64,000 nt of DNA from NCBI GenBank assembly GCA_046563655.1, contig CM102283.1, forward strand, positions 372,001-436,000, written 5' to 3'. The notes beneath the pieces are model-generated. The model worked only from the letters and a program-made list of their open reading frames with translations, did no database searches and was not told the origin of the DNA. Origin of the DNA: Yuukianura sp. NJ FZ-2021 (Eukaryota). Positions 33,901 to 44,969 of the stretch are shown one piece after another. Each line of letters starts with the position of its first letter. Position 1 is the stretch's first letter. A program made the translations under genes and the position numbers.

Positions 33901-36900
33901 TAGGTCCAACGGTGCAAAAAGACATTTTTGCGCACTTAATCAATTTTAGGTCAGACCCGATCGCTCTTAAGGCGGACATTACAAAGATGTACCGTCAATT
34001 TGGAATTTCAAAATCTCATCAGGACTATCAAAGGATTTTCTGGAGAACGTCAGAGTCAGATCCAGTCAAAGAGTACCGTCTCAAAACGGTCACTTACGGC
34101 ACTAGTTCAGCGCCATTCCTTGCGGTAAGGTGTTTGAATGAAATTGCTAATTCCAATTCTCAGGCATTTCCAAAGGGGGCGGAGGTCCTTAGGGAAAGAT
34201 TCTACGTTGATGATCTCCTTGGAAATGCAAAGTCTACGGCCGAGGGAGTTCAAATCTACAATGAGCTCTCCAAGTTATTGGAATCATCCAATATTGAAAT
34301 CCGGCAGTGGGACTCAAACGACTCTGAACTACTCAACTTCATTCCAGAAACTCTACGTGGTAAAAATCCTAGTGTAAAATCAGATTCTAATCATGTCCGA
34401 GCTTTAGGTGTTTGTTGGAATTCAACCGATGACGTCTTTCATTTCTCTGGATACACACCAGTAGCCGAAGAAAAAGCTACTAAACGCTCTGTACTTTCGT
34501 CCATGAGCCGTGTCTTCGACCCACTCGGTATGTTATCTCCGTTCACTGTGTCAATTAAACTCTACTTCCAGAAACTTTGGACACCAGTTGAAACCGATGG
34601 AAAGAGTCACATCCTAACGTGGGACCAAGAGATACCTCGAGCCTTACTTCAACCATGGATCGACTTTGAACAAGGGGTAAAACTAATTGAGAATGTTAGA
34701 ATCCCCAGGTTCCTGTTTTTAGGCACTGCTGAGTTCGTGGAGCTCCACGGATTCTCGGATGGATCCGAATCTGCTTACTGTGCAGTTGTCTACGCCCGCT
34801 CGATTCGTGGAAACGAAATCTACACTAACATCATCGCTGCCAAGACGAAGGTAGCTCCAATCAAACAAATCTCAATTCCTCGTCTGGAACTCTGTGGAGC
34901 CCTTCTCCTGACACGACTGATGACTCAAGTCACTGAAGCTCTGAAACTCCAATGTCCCATCACTTGCTGGAGCGACAGTGAAATTGTACTACATTGGCTA
35001 CGAAACCGGTCTCGTAAGTTCAAAACATTCGTCGCCAATCGAATTTCAGAAATCCAGGACGTACTCCCTGCCGAGTCATGGAGATTTATTCCTGGTAAAA
35101 TCAACCCTGCTGATCTTGGGACACGAGGAATCCCAGCAGAGGAACTAATCAACTCAAATCTCTGGTTCAAAGGACCGTCATTTCTATGTGAGTCTGTAAA
35201 ATTACCTAATTTTGAGTCGGGGGAAGTAAGTGAGCCTGACTTGGAATTAAAAGGTGAAAAAGTAATGGTCAATTTGGGTTTAATCAATTCATCCATGTTT
35301 GAAAGGTTTTCTAATGTCATTCGGCTTAAACGAGCCATGGCGTATGTCTTACGATTTATTAGCAACTGTAGGAATTCAAAAACTGGAAATCGTTCAACTG
35401 GACCACTTTCAGCTACTGAAATCCACCATGGATTCATAATCTCCATCCGGGAGGCTCAACGAGAGTGTTACGGCAAAGAGATCAAGAAACTGAAAGTCGG
35501 AAAAGAATTGTCTAATCGTAGTCAATTATCCTATCTCAGCCCATTTTTGGACAAGGACGGTATCCTAAGAGTCGGTGGAAGACTCAAAAACTCACAAGAA
35601 CCAGAGGAGAAGAAACATCAGATGATTCTGTTTGGAAATCATCCATTGACCAAACTCATCATTTGGAATTACCACATCAAACTGCATCACGCCAGTTATC
35701 AACTACTGTGGAGTAGCCTAAGACAGCAATTTTGGATCATTCGAGCCCGTGTCACTGTTCGTCAGCAGCTCCATCAGTGCATAATGTGCAAAAGGCTCCG
35801 TGCCAAAACTTACAATCAGCTGATGGGAAATCTACCAAAACCACGAGTAACCCCATCACCACCATTTAGTCACACTGGCCTTGACTTTGGAGGACCAATG
35901 AAAGCATCAGAAACCAAGGGTAGAGGTAAAAAACAATTTGATGTGTACTTTTGTGTTTTCATTTGTTTTAGTACCAAAGCGGTTCACATTGAACCGGTAA
36001 CAGGCCTCGACACTGAGACTTTCATTGGCACTTTGAAGCGGTTCGTAGCACGACGAGGATTACCGACTGCAATCTACTCTGACTGTGGAAGTAACTTCGT
36101 CGGAGCCAAAAACGAAATGTCTGAATGGGTTAGTCTATTGGAAAAGTCTAATGATGAAATTAGCGATTTTTTAGGCAACCAAGGGATAGAGTGGAAGCTG
36201 AACCCACCAAACGCTCCACACATGGGTGGACTCTGGGAAGCTTGTGTCAAATCTACCAAGTTTCATCTTAAACGTACCGTGGGAACTCAATGTCTGACAC
36301 TGGAAGAGTTCTACACCATCCTAGCCATGATCGAATCAGTTCTCAACTCCAGACCACTCTATGCCATGTCAGATGATCCGGATGATTTTCAAGTACTCAC
36401 TCCTGGTCATTTCCTAATCGGTCGTCCTCTCACTGCCATACCGGAACCAAGTCTACTCCACCTCAAGGAGAATCGTTTGTCTCGGTGGCAGCATGTCCAG
36501 TTCATCTTGGAACACTTTTGGAAGAAATGGAGTATTGAGTACGTTCATACTCTTCAAGAACGGAGGAAGTGGGATTCACCTACTGAAAATGTCAAAATCG
36601 GAGAATTAGTGCTGCTGAAAGATGACAATCATCCACCACTCAAATGGAAGATGGCCAGAGTCACTGCAGTCTTCCCAGGAAACGATGATCTTGTCCGCAC
36701 TGTTGAAGTGAAGTACACTACATTCGATGAGAAGACCAAGAAGCCAAAACTACATACATTCAAACGACCAATTGTCAAAATCTGTCCACTTCTATCTCCA
36801 GATCCGTAACTGCAATAATTTTATTCATTTTAGTGTATTCTTAATTTTAACTTTTCAATTTACCACTTAAAGTAGCGTAATTGTAGAGTTTTAGATTAAT

Positions 36901-37605
36901 GGGTATTTTAGGTTAAGGTGCAACACCAGAACAAGGCCACTTTCGAGTAATTTCAATTCTATTTTTGATACAATTTCAGATCTGAACATCAATTTCTATA
37001 TCTTTCAATCCTGGAGAGGCATTTGGTGTAGGGTCTAGCAAAGGCCAATAATCCAGTTCCGCTTGGCTGGAAAGGAGACCTAGTCCACCTCCTGGGTCAC
37101 CAAATCACCAAACTGCTTATCCTCTTCTCAATCCACTTTCAACTCCTTCAGATTTGAACTTGTAACTTTTTCAATTCTATTTTATTTTGATTTGGACCCT
37201 AGTGTCCAAATGGGGGCCGGTGTTCTGGCGTTAGCGTCAGAATTATTTTCTCTTTAATTTCAACACTTCTCCTATAGATTTAAGTGTAGTATTAAGAAGT
37301 GGAAAGAGCAGGAGCTTAGTTATGCGCATTACTTGCTCCGCCTATTCCTCCACGTCAGCTCCACGTCTTCAACAATAGAACATAGCATAGAATACATACA
37401 CAATTCAATCAGTCTTAGAATTCTCTACCAATTCAATTCGATCTTTCAATACAACTTTCAATTAATTGTTTTTCTTTTCATTTAAGTATTTAATTAAAAG
37501 TAATTGGTTTATTTGACATTACTGGATTGATCTCAACATCGTTCACATCATTTCAAATCCATTCTCACTTGAATTCTGCACATCTTATGGCCGCGATCAA
37601 CTACA
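30902..37605 (+). mobile_element. BEL/Pao LTR retrotransposon 3 (full length, young)
   Basis: 385-bp LTRs 30902-31286 and 37221-37605 (2 substitutions by eye), TSD ttttc, PBS tggtgccgaaag at 31287, tgggggccgg before the 3' LTR. Confidence 0.96.
31401..36809 (+). CDS. BEL gag-pol polyprotein, uninterrupted (about 1800 aa)
   Basis: VKLPKLELPTFDG, three zinc knuckles, LLDQGS, KLRVVFDGS, FYVDD, LHGFSDGS, IPRLELCGA, GLDFGGP, SDCGSNF, APHMGGLWE. Confidence 0.95.
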   Translation: MSSFSMSDNNTEGMETRSKSKLRSQTEEDPVTPPVSTEVNPQTAPRIPVPVVTKSKTTESASSSKSIAIPTIDPEMTRLRMMHKGLDINIQFLFNKVTEYADDPSKATKSVIASDRRKLTKLESSLSELSSSLFACCQNDAQVMAQATAANVSNEMIDQINDVLYSIESQAAASATAGSRVKLPKLELPTFDGRYEKWPAYRDLITTYIVENNQLSGCEKFGYLKPTLKGEAELIIRNFSSTNNNFEEAWNLVKSRYENNREIVFSILKQLLSTKPITNENSQNLRKLIDNFNECCRSLSNLKEPVNSWDSILVFHLVERLPPECKRDWAKSLKGTNVPKLAEVMEFLEDYVRGLLASTTTTTKSNSEGGKPAEKKANVASKPTVSESNQSVSSLPTESSRPTQPLRKCPMCQSTDHGLYKCGDYLKLSTEERSKFVGSKSLCINCLKSGHWGKDCKGKFRCLKCKGRHHTTLHFEKSDDNKSTAPSTSSQGSTTNSLQSSSARVLLSTAVVDVMDSDGELVQCRVLLDQGSESSMITNDCVKRLGLIKTKSNVSITGVSGASVGKALGEVNFIVNSRVTNFHVNVNALVLNKITGTIPSFKCEKMEWSHISNLRLADPHFLEPGDIDILMGAEFVAYLKTGKRSEGPLTQPIAEETKFGWVVSGPINFPSRSVSSHHIQIVTEDPIPKFWEIEDVPNRPHLTKDEDDAEKHFVQTHTKGEDGRLQVSFPFNPKIEILGGSRTMALRRFYNLEKRLKQFPDLKPEYHRFMEQYEELGHMEPIPDSECGEKIGKTNYLPHHFVLKETSSTTKLRVVFDGSAKTTTGITFNECQLVGPTVQKDIFAHLINFRSDPIALKADITKMYRQFGISKSHQDYQRIFWRTSESDPVKEYRLKTVTYGTSSAPFLAVRCLNEIANSNSQAFPKGAEVLRERFYVDDLLGNAKSTAEGVQIYNELSKLLESSNIEIRQWDSNDSELLNFIPETLRGKNPSVKSDSNHVRALGVCWNSTDDVFHFSGYTPVAEEKATKRSVLSSMSRVFDPLGMLSPFTVSIKLYFQKLWTPVETDGKSHILTWDQEIPRALLQPWIDFEQGVKLIENVRIPRFLFLGTAEFVELHGFSDGSESAYCAVVYARSIRGNEIYTNIIAAKTKVAPIKQISIPRLELCGALLLTRLMTQVTEALKLQCPITCWSDSEIVLHWLRNRSRKFKTFVANRISEIQDVLPAESWRFIPGKINPADLGTRGIPAEELINSNLWFKGPSFLCESVKLPNFESGEVSEPDLELKGEKVMVNLGLINSSMFERFSNVIRLKRAMAYVLRFISNCRNSKTGNRSTGPLSATEIHHGFIISIREAQRECYGKEIKKLKVGKELSNRSQLSYLSPFLDKDGILRVGGRLKNSQEPEEKKHQMILFGNHPLTKLIIWNYHIKLHHASYQLLWSSLRQQFWIIRARVTVRQQLHQCIMCKRLRAKTYNQLMGNLPKPRVTPSPPFSHTGLDFGGPMKASETKGRGKKQFDVYFCVFICFSTKAVHIEPVTGLDTETFIGTLKRFVARRGLPTAIYSDCGSNFVGAKNEMSEWVSLLEKSNDEISDFLGNQGIEWKLNPPNAPHMGGLWEACVKSTKFHLKRTVGTQCLTLEEFYTILAMIESVLNSRPLYAMSDDPDDFQVLTPGHFLIGRPLTAIPEPSLLHLKENRLSRWQHVQFILEHFWKKWSIEYVHTLQERRKWDSPTENVKIGELVLLKDDNHPPLKWKMARVTAVFPGNDDLVRTVEVKYTTFDEKTKKPKLHTFKRPIVKICPLLSPDP

Positions 37606-37949
37606 TTTTCCACTTTTCGTTGGTAAATCTTAGTATGTGTGTTCATACTTAGAAACTAAGGTGATCGGAAAGTAATAACCAACGAATTTTCATTAGCAAG
37701 AGATGTGGTGTGACTTCATGTGTTGTTGCAATTAACATTTTGTTGTTTCTAATTACTTTCTGGTGAGAGGTGGTAACGACCTTAGTACCAGTTTCAAACC
37801 TTTGATTTGATTTATTAACCACTGGTACCCTGCGTTGCAGGTAATTACACCATGGATGGTAAATTGAGTAATTGTTACAGCTATTAGCATATTATATTTG
37901 TGATTAGCATTAGGTTTCCGTTGAAAAGTAATCAATCAATCAATTAGTT

Positions 37950-39449
37950 TATTTGACATTGGCAGTTGCCCTATCAAGTTACACATTGTTTCGAGCTGAA
38001 CTTATAGAACTCTTTTGCGACACTAACAGTGTTTTCAGTTGGAGCCTCCGGGTATCCATGGATTAGCAAGTTGTTTTTCCTTATTTTATCAGTGAGCCGG
38101 GAGTTTTGTTTCTTTAGCAGATCGATTTTGTGCTATTGTCGTTTATTTTCTGCTTGTAGGTCCTCAATCTGTGCTTGATACATATCCAGCTTTAGTTGAA
38201 TTGTGTCGAATCTGGAGTCAATTTTCGATCCAATTTTCGATTCCACCTGATGCAACAATTTTGTCATCATTTCCATTAAATCGCTATTTGAGACGTTTGA
38301 TCTTTTGGGGTTTGGCGTTTCATCAAAGCTTGAGTCAGTTTCTGCGGCACGCTTGCTTGCCTTATTTTGTGGAATAAACGGTAGCTTGGTTTGTGACATT
38401 TTCTGCGATTCAGGGGAGCGTGAGACGGGCATGGACTTTTGATGTGTTGGGGTTTCAGGTTACCCTACTGGGTTACCTTTGACCTTTGGTTACCCTGCTG
38501 GTTATCTCGGGTTACCCTACTGAGTTACCTCAGGTTACCCTACTGGGTTACCTTAGGTTACCCTACTGGGTTGCCTCAGGGTACCCTACTGGGTTACCTT
38601 AGGTTACCCTACTTGTTGCTACTTGTCGCAAATGAACAGTGGGGAGAGCAGTTGAAATGATTGTCTTTGTATTTGATTTATCAATTACTAAATTTAAACT
38701 TAATATTGAGGAGATGAAAGTGAAATTGAAATTGTTGACTGATTGAATGAATTGAAAGATGTGACTATGACTTGTATATCTATATTAATTCTATTCTGTT
38801 GCTGTGTTGAGTTTTTTTTTTGTTGACCGTTAGACGCTACTTATATCCTAAGGCAAAGTCAACACTCTTCCTATTTTTAGGCTACAAAGTAGATGCTATT
38901 CTAAAAGTCTATGATGTTTTGTTATTTCTAAAATCTATGTGGTAAGAAGCCACAACACTACTGGGTTACCTTAGGTTACTCTACTGAGTTACCTTTTGCA
39001 GCTGAGGAATGGTTGTCAGTGGATTAGATGATATTCCTTGAACCAGGGTTTTTAAGAGCTCGGGGTGGATTGACTATTTCTCTGACACGGCAGGTTCTAC
39101 AGGTTCGGACTTTTAATCGATTAATTAGCTGGTGAGAGGATCTTGGCAGTGGTTCCAGCAGATTACGAGTGTGGGAAGGTCGGTTTGTTGTGGTATTCCG
39201 CTACTGAATTGATTTTACCAGTAGAAGTCCTAAAAACGGTAACATCAGCTGATTCAGAATAGTGGATATTGTTTTTACCGTTAAGTGTCGTTAATCGTTT
39301 CCAGTCGGTGAGTGTTTGACTTCAGTTGATGCAGTAGTGAATTTTGAGTGTTTTGATGTATGACACTGGCAGATAGGACGATTATTTCACTGCTAAAAAA
39401 TCAATTTGTCGGGAGCTACGTTTTATGTGTTACTTGTTACTTTCCTCCT
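37950..39449 (-). mobile_element. Degenerate 5' part of a LINE: long UTR with about 23-bp tandem repeats and a broken ORF1
   Basis: ORF 38133-38432 is coiled-coil-like and continues after a stop/frameshift as RKNNLLIHGYPEA (ORF1 RRM entry motif). ttaccctactgggttacc repeats at 38457-38995. Boundaries approximate. Confidence 0.6.
38614..38957. mobile_element. Solo LTR (344 bp)
   Basis: Ends tgttg...caaca flanked by 5-bp TSD ctact, interrupting one unit of the tandem array. Confidence 0.75.
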
Positions 39450-40528
39450 ATCGCTTAACACATAAAACGACTGGATCTGAGATTTATCATGTTGAGCCTT
39501 GGGCCACAATCCAAGGATCTCTGGGTTCCCTTCGCTGAGCCCTTAAATTTCCCTCTGAAGCTAACGTTGAAGTAGAGTATTAGACTGTTTGGAAAAGAGA
39601 GTCCAAAGTAAAGCCTTGGAGGCATTGTTTGGCAAAAGTTGTTCAAAGATGAAGCTCCTTCTTCCAGGAAGCTGCTTTGGGAAGAGCGTGAAGGCATAAT
39701 TATTAAGCTCCACTTTACACCAACTTAAAACAAATCCGATTAAAATTAATTCACAAAAACTACAACCAAATCTTCTCTCGAGGCTTCTGAAACACTTCCT
39801 TCCATAACTTCACTTTCAGTTCAACACTGCAGAAGGCCCAAAATGATAAAAAACAAAAACAGCGCAACAAAGTTGTTTTCAATTTTAGCTTTGCTGTTTC
39901 ATCCAGAGTTTTACAGCAATTGAACAAACAGCTTGTTAGGCAAAAAAATAATCTCATAAAAAAACAAAAATTCTCATAAAAATGCAAACTAAAAAAAACA
40001 AAAATGTTTTCGAATTTTCTTTTTCTGAAACCATAATTATCTTAGTTTGAGGACTTCAAATTGAGATCCTTGTATGTTCACAGTTGGTAACTAATTTTGT
40101 GCCTTTTTGCATATAATTTAAGTGCCTATGACCTTGATAACCTTGTTTGACAGCTCCTAATAAGGGTGGTAGAAGAAGATTGCCTGCTGACTAACATCCT
40201 GGCACCAGCAGTGTCTTATCTACTGAACAAGAATCCTCGTCGATGATAGGTCGAAGTTGAAAGCGATTTTTGAAAAATGTTGGAAAAGCATCTTGTGGAT
40301 TGTGAATTATAAGAGACAGGACTTAAGACATGGGCCAAAGGAGTTAAGGTTGGGTTCCTGACATGTGTTGAAGGAGTCTCTTCAAAAACCCAATCTGCAA
40401 AGGCTTTTCAACCTCTCTCTTCTGCTTCAAGAAAAAGGTGGTCTTCGTTTTTCAAAAAGACTTTTTGAAAAAGGCACAAAAGAAATCCATTTCTGGAGGA
40501 ATTAATCAGACTCACACTCTCTCTTTTA

Positions 40529-42095
40529 TGGAGGGATATTAGTAGCAAAACTACTTTTTACTTTCCCCGCCAATTAAAGTTTCCTAATTAAAAAAGTTAA
40601 CTTTCCCCCATTTATTTAATTGGCGAAAAGTTAATTTTAATTGGGGAAAGTTAAATTGGCGAAAAGTTTATTGGGGAAACTTTAAACGGCGAAAAGTTTA
40701 TTGGGGAAACTTTAAACGGCGAAAAGTTTATTGGGGAAACTTTAATCGTACTTACTACTTTAATCGTAAAAAGTCTAAGCGTACGGTAAAAAGCGTACGC
40801 TTAGAAAACGTACGCTTAAAACCAATTGGGGAGAAAAAGTCTAAGCGTACGGAAAAAAGCGTACGCTTAGAACCAATTGGGGAGAAAAAGTCTAAGCGTA
40901 CAGTAAAAAGCGTACGCTTAGAAAAATACTGATATAACTAGATATAACCTTACTCGAAACGATCAAAATTTGCATTTTATAAATTACAGAATATATTGAT
41001 TATATTGAATACAAAATAGTAATTATATTTATTATAAAATATGAATCTTACAAAAACTTTATTTCTCATATGCTTCGTGATGCCATTATTTAGACTAGAG
41101 CTAGTGAAGACGGTTCCAGGTTATAGCCGCCAAACCAAAAGCCGCCAATCCTAAAGCCGCCAATCAATAGCGGTCAATTTCTAAAGCCGGCAATTCCTTA
41201 ACGGCCAATCCTAAAGCCCCCAACGTCAATAGCCCCCAATGATTAAAGCCGACAAAATTACAAACTGCAGATTATACGTTAAGGTCAAGGTAATCACAGA
41301 AAGTAGTAATTCACGCGCGACCTAACCAAACCTAACCTAGGTTAATCAAGCATAACACAACCTAAATAACCTAAGCTGATTAAATAAAAAAACCAGTTTT
41401 TAGGTTTATCGGCTTTAATCATTGGCGACTATTGACGTTGGCGGCTTTAGGATTGGCGGCTAAGTAATTGGCGGCTTTAGAAATTGGCCGCTATTGATTG
41501 GCGGCTATAGGATTGGCGGCTTTTGGTTTGGCGGCTATGACCTGCTACGAGTGAAGACATCATTTAAATTATGGCGCCATACATTTTTCAAAACCGTAGC
41601 AAAGCATATGAGAAATAAGATTTTTGTAAGATTCACATTTTATAATAAAAATAAATAATATTCTGTAATCAATATAATCAATATATTCTGTAATTTATAG
41701 AATGCAAATTTGGATCGTTTCGAGTAAGGTTATATCTAGTTATATCAGTAGTTTTCTAAGCGTACGTATTCGTAAGCGTACGCTTTTTACTGTACGCTTA
41801 GACTTTTCTCCCCAATTGGTTCTAAGCGTACGTTTTCTAAGCGTACGCTGTTTACCGTACGCTTGGGCTTTTTCGCCGATTAAAATTTCCACAATAAACT
41901 TTCCGCCGTTTAAAGTTTCCCCAATAAACTTTTCGCCAATTTAAGTTTCCCCAATTAACTTTTCGCCAGTTTAAGTTACGCCAATTAAAATTAATTTTTC
42001 GGCAATTAAATAATTGGTGAAAGGTAACTTTTGGAATTGGCGAAACTTTAATTGGCGGGGAAATGTTAATTAGTTTTGCTACAAATATCCCTCCA
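40529..42095. mobile_element. Foldback/MITE element with about 550-bp internally repetitive inverted arms and TA flanks
   Basis: TA|tggagggatatt...aatatccctcca|TA; subrepeats ggcgaaaagtttattggggaaactttaa and aagcgtacgctta are mirrored in both arms. Confidence 0.85.
41111..41549. mobile_element. Mutator-family MITE related to the element at 6121, nested in the centre of the foldback element
   Basis: Same termini cggttccagg...cctgctacg and gccgccaat subrepeats; TSD agtgaaga(c), 8-9 bp. Confidence 0.9.
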
Positions 42096-43784
42096 TACTC
42101 TTCTACTCCTTCCGCTCCACCAATTCTCACTAACTCCTTGCCTAATTTTCACAATCGACCTCTCAAGACGCTTCCAGCTCCAGAAAAAAAGAGAGATTCC
42201 AAAATTTACTGCAGCTTCCCAAATCCACCCAATTGGAATTTTGAGAAGGATTTCAAACAAAAATCAATTCTAAGATGATCCACTTCTCCAACCTCATTTA
42301 AATACCAAAAATCCATCATTCCCAAAAACCCATCCACACACTTTCACTTCTCATCGCTTTCGCTTCACTAACAGCAGCGCAGCAGCAGCTTCCAGCTTCC
42401 ACTTTACTTCAACACACCGCTCAATTCCGATTTAATCCAAAAGCGTTTTCGTTTTCAATTCCAATCCAGAAAGACTCCAAAACTCATTAACTACTGCACA
42501 GTAGACACAGAGAAAATGAGCTCCTCAAAACAAATTCAAACCCCAACAGAAACAAAGTGAAATTTTAGAACGGGAACTACTAATTAACTAATGTGTGGGT
42601 CCAAATAATCCGAATTCGGTTTTCTCAATTATCGCCACGTGAAATCTGAGAACCGAGAACGCTCTTCCAAAATCCCTTTTCACTTGGCCCCTATATGCAT
42701 CCTTGACTAAATTAAAACAAATAAATACACTTATTATTCTCTGTTTGTACAAGGCGCTTTAAAATTCAAGTATGTTATTCTCCAATTTCAAAACGGAATT
42801 TGAAATTTTGAAAATCCCGGTCTCCCCTCACCCTCCATTTTTCCGAGTCTTACTGACCACTGCACCTTGAAATTGACCAAAGTCCATTTCCACTTTTCCT
42901 TTCTCTTTTCTAAAAAAAACGCCCTTTCTAAAAAAGTGTTTCTGGAAGGGTGAAACGGTTTTGATTAGAAATCACCTGCTCGGCTGACTTTGGACACTGG
43001 ACTGCTGCCACCAACATCCTGTTCTACTTTTTCAAAAAAAGTGATGTTCTGTTCTAAAAAGTGATGCTCTGTTCTAAAAAGTGATGTTGAACATTCACTC
43101 CTGTTCTAAACATGTTGTGAAGGGCCAGGTGATTTTCCATTCTGCCGAAAATTGACCAATTATGGTCAGAAATGGAAGGCGGGAAGAGCGGAGCGTGAAA
43201 TTGGTGGGTTTCTGTTTCCATTGTCATTTCCTCTCTTCTTCATCTCTTCTCCAGGTAAGGAGGGAGATTCAAAAAATTGTTCAAGTTTTGCTTCAGGTTC
43301 TGAACAGGAGAAGTGTTGGAAGAAAAGGAGATGAGCTCAGCAAGAAGTGAGTGACAGCCTTTGAATGTCTTGTGCAGACTCTGAGAAGATGACTTATCTT
43401 TTTCTAAGCCTAATCTCTGTCTTTGTTTCTCTTGTCATCTGGGCAGAGTCAGTGGGAATCATCCCAACACCACCATTTTCTATTGTTCCCGCTCTTTTTC
43501 TTCATTTTCAAAATGTGGGAAATTTGACTCTGATCCCATTGTGCCCAATCCAAATATTTCCATGTTGGGGTTACACAACAATACAAAAATCTTTAACTGT
43601 TCAACAGCCTCCCCAGCACAAACGTTTTTTTAAACTTCCGTTCAAGTGCCCCTGAATTTACTTTATTCCAACCCTTATGCTTTCACATTCCAAGAAGGAT
43701 ATTTAAAAAAACTTCTTTTTTTAAGAATTGCTCTTTAAAAAAAGAAAGAAAAGAAAATAGGTTATTTTAAAATCGAAAACTTAC

Positions 43785-43864
43785 GCCTGGAGTTGAAGCT
43801 GACGGTCCATAGGGATACTGTGTCCAACCTAAACTGGATTCCTCTGTCGTATCCAACAGAACCA
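43785..43864 (-). CDS. Eph: Eph receptor tyrosine kinase, exon encoding the start of the ephrin ligand-binding domain
   Basis: 80-nt exon flanked by ttttgcag and gtaagt, encoding (V)VLLDTTEESSLGWTQYPYGPSASTPG, close to the insect Eph sequence VVLLDTT....L.WT.YPYGP...TPG. Confidence 0.88.
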
Positions 43865-44669
43865 CTGCAAAAAAAAACACAATACAAAATCACTCAATTA
43901 CGTTACAAAAAAAGAAACATGTTTTTGAAATTCTATTGTTTTATTTCACTTTTTGTTAGCCATTGACCCCAAAAGCAAAGACAAAAAACCTATCGTATGG
44001 TCTGCTCGTTTGACGTTGCCATTTTCCTGTTTTAGAACAAGGAGAGGGAAATGATAGCTCCATCCAATAACATGAGAAAATCCTTAGTAGGTCTAAATCC
44101 CAAAAGAGACAGAAGAAGCAGAGGGAAAATAGAAGATTTAAACTTATATGAGTCCGGCGCCTGTGAAAACTGATGCGCGAAACTTTGACCTCACAGAAAA
44201 CACGAGTTCTCTGATTCGAGTTGACGCATTGACTTCTGAAATAAGGGCCCGCTTCCCCACTTTGGCCCTTATCTAGGTTTAGTGAGGCTGGGTATGTTAT
44301 TTGACGAATTGGCTATTAAATAATTTTCAGTTCTTTTCGTCAATGTCAATTGAAAAAAGTTTCAAAGCAGTTGCAACAGCTTTAATGAGGGTACGAAACT
44401 ATTTGAGTAATTTCCAAAGTTTTATGTGAATACAATGAAAAAATACTCTGCACTTTCGCTACTTTGCTAAATACGAAGTTTTTATGGGAAAAAAGTTACT
44501 TGCACCATCGATACTTTGTTAAGGCCATTTCTAATTCCATTTTTGACATCGAAATCTGCAGACATTTTTGATTCCGAGTTTTGGCGAAATTTATTTACTT
44601 TTCTCGTCTCCAAGGGAAAAAAAATTCAAAATCCGAGGTACGCCATTCTTCGTTGGGACTACACAATTA

Positions 44670-44958
44670 TCTACTTACCTTGCACTATGCTCACGAGTTA
44701 TTTAGTGAACTAAAAAACTTGTGAACAACTCGACTACTGAAATCAGAAAATGTTCACTAATTATTTAGTGAACCACCATTGTGTTTACCAGTTTCTACTT
44801 ACCTTACACTATGCTCACGAGTTATTTAGTGAACTAAAATGTGTGGACAACTTGATTACGAAATTACAAAATGTGCACTACTTATTTAGTGAACTACTAA
44901 TGTGTCCACAAGTTATCTAGTTACCTTACACTATGTTCACTGATTATTTAGTGAACAA
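44670..44958. repeat. Tandem repeat, about 125-bp unit made of two about 62-bp subunits, about 2.3 copies
   Basis: ttatttagtgaac recurs about every 62 bp; ctacttacctt(g/a)cactatg about every 125 bp. Confidence 0.8.
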
Positions 44959-44969
44959 AAATGGGTGAA

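Noticed and set aside
44670-44958. CRISPR-like regularly spaced ttatttagtgaac motif
   Set aside because: The spacers are themselves repeated, the context is eukaryotic and there are no cas genes; ordinary tandem repeat.
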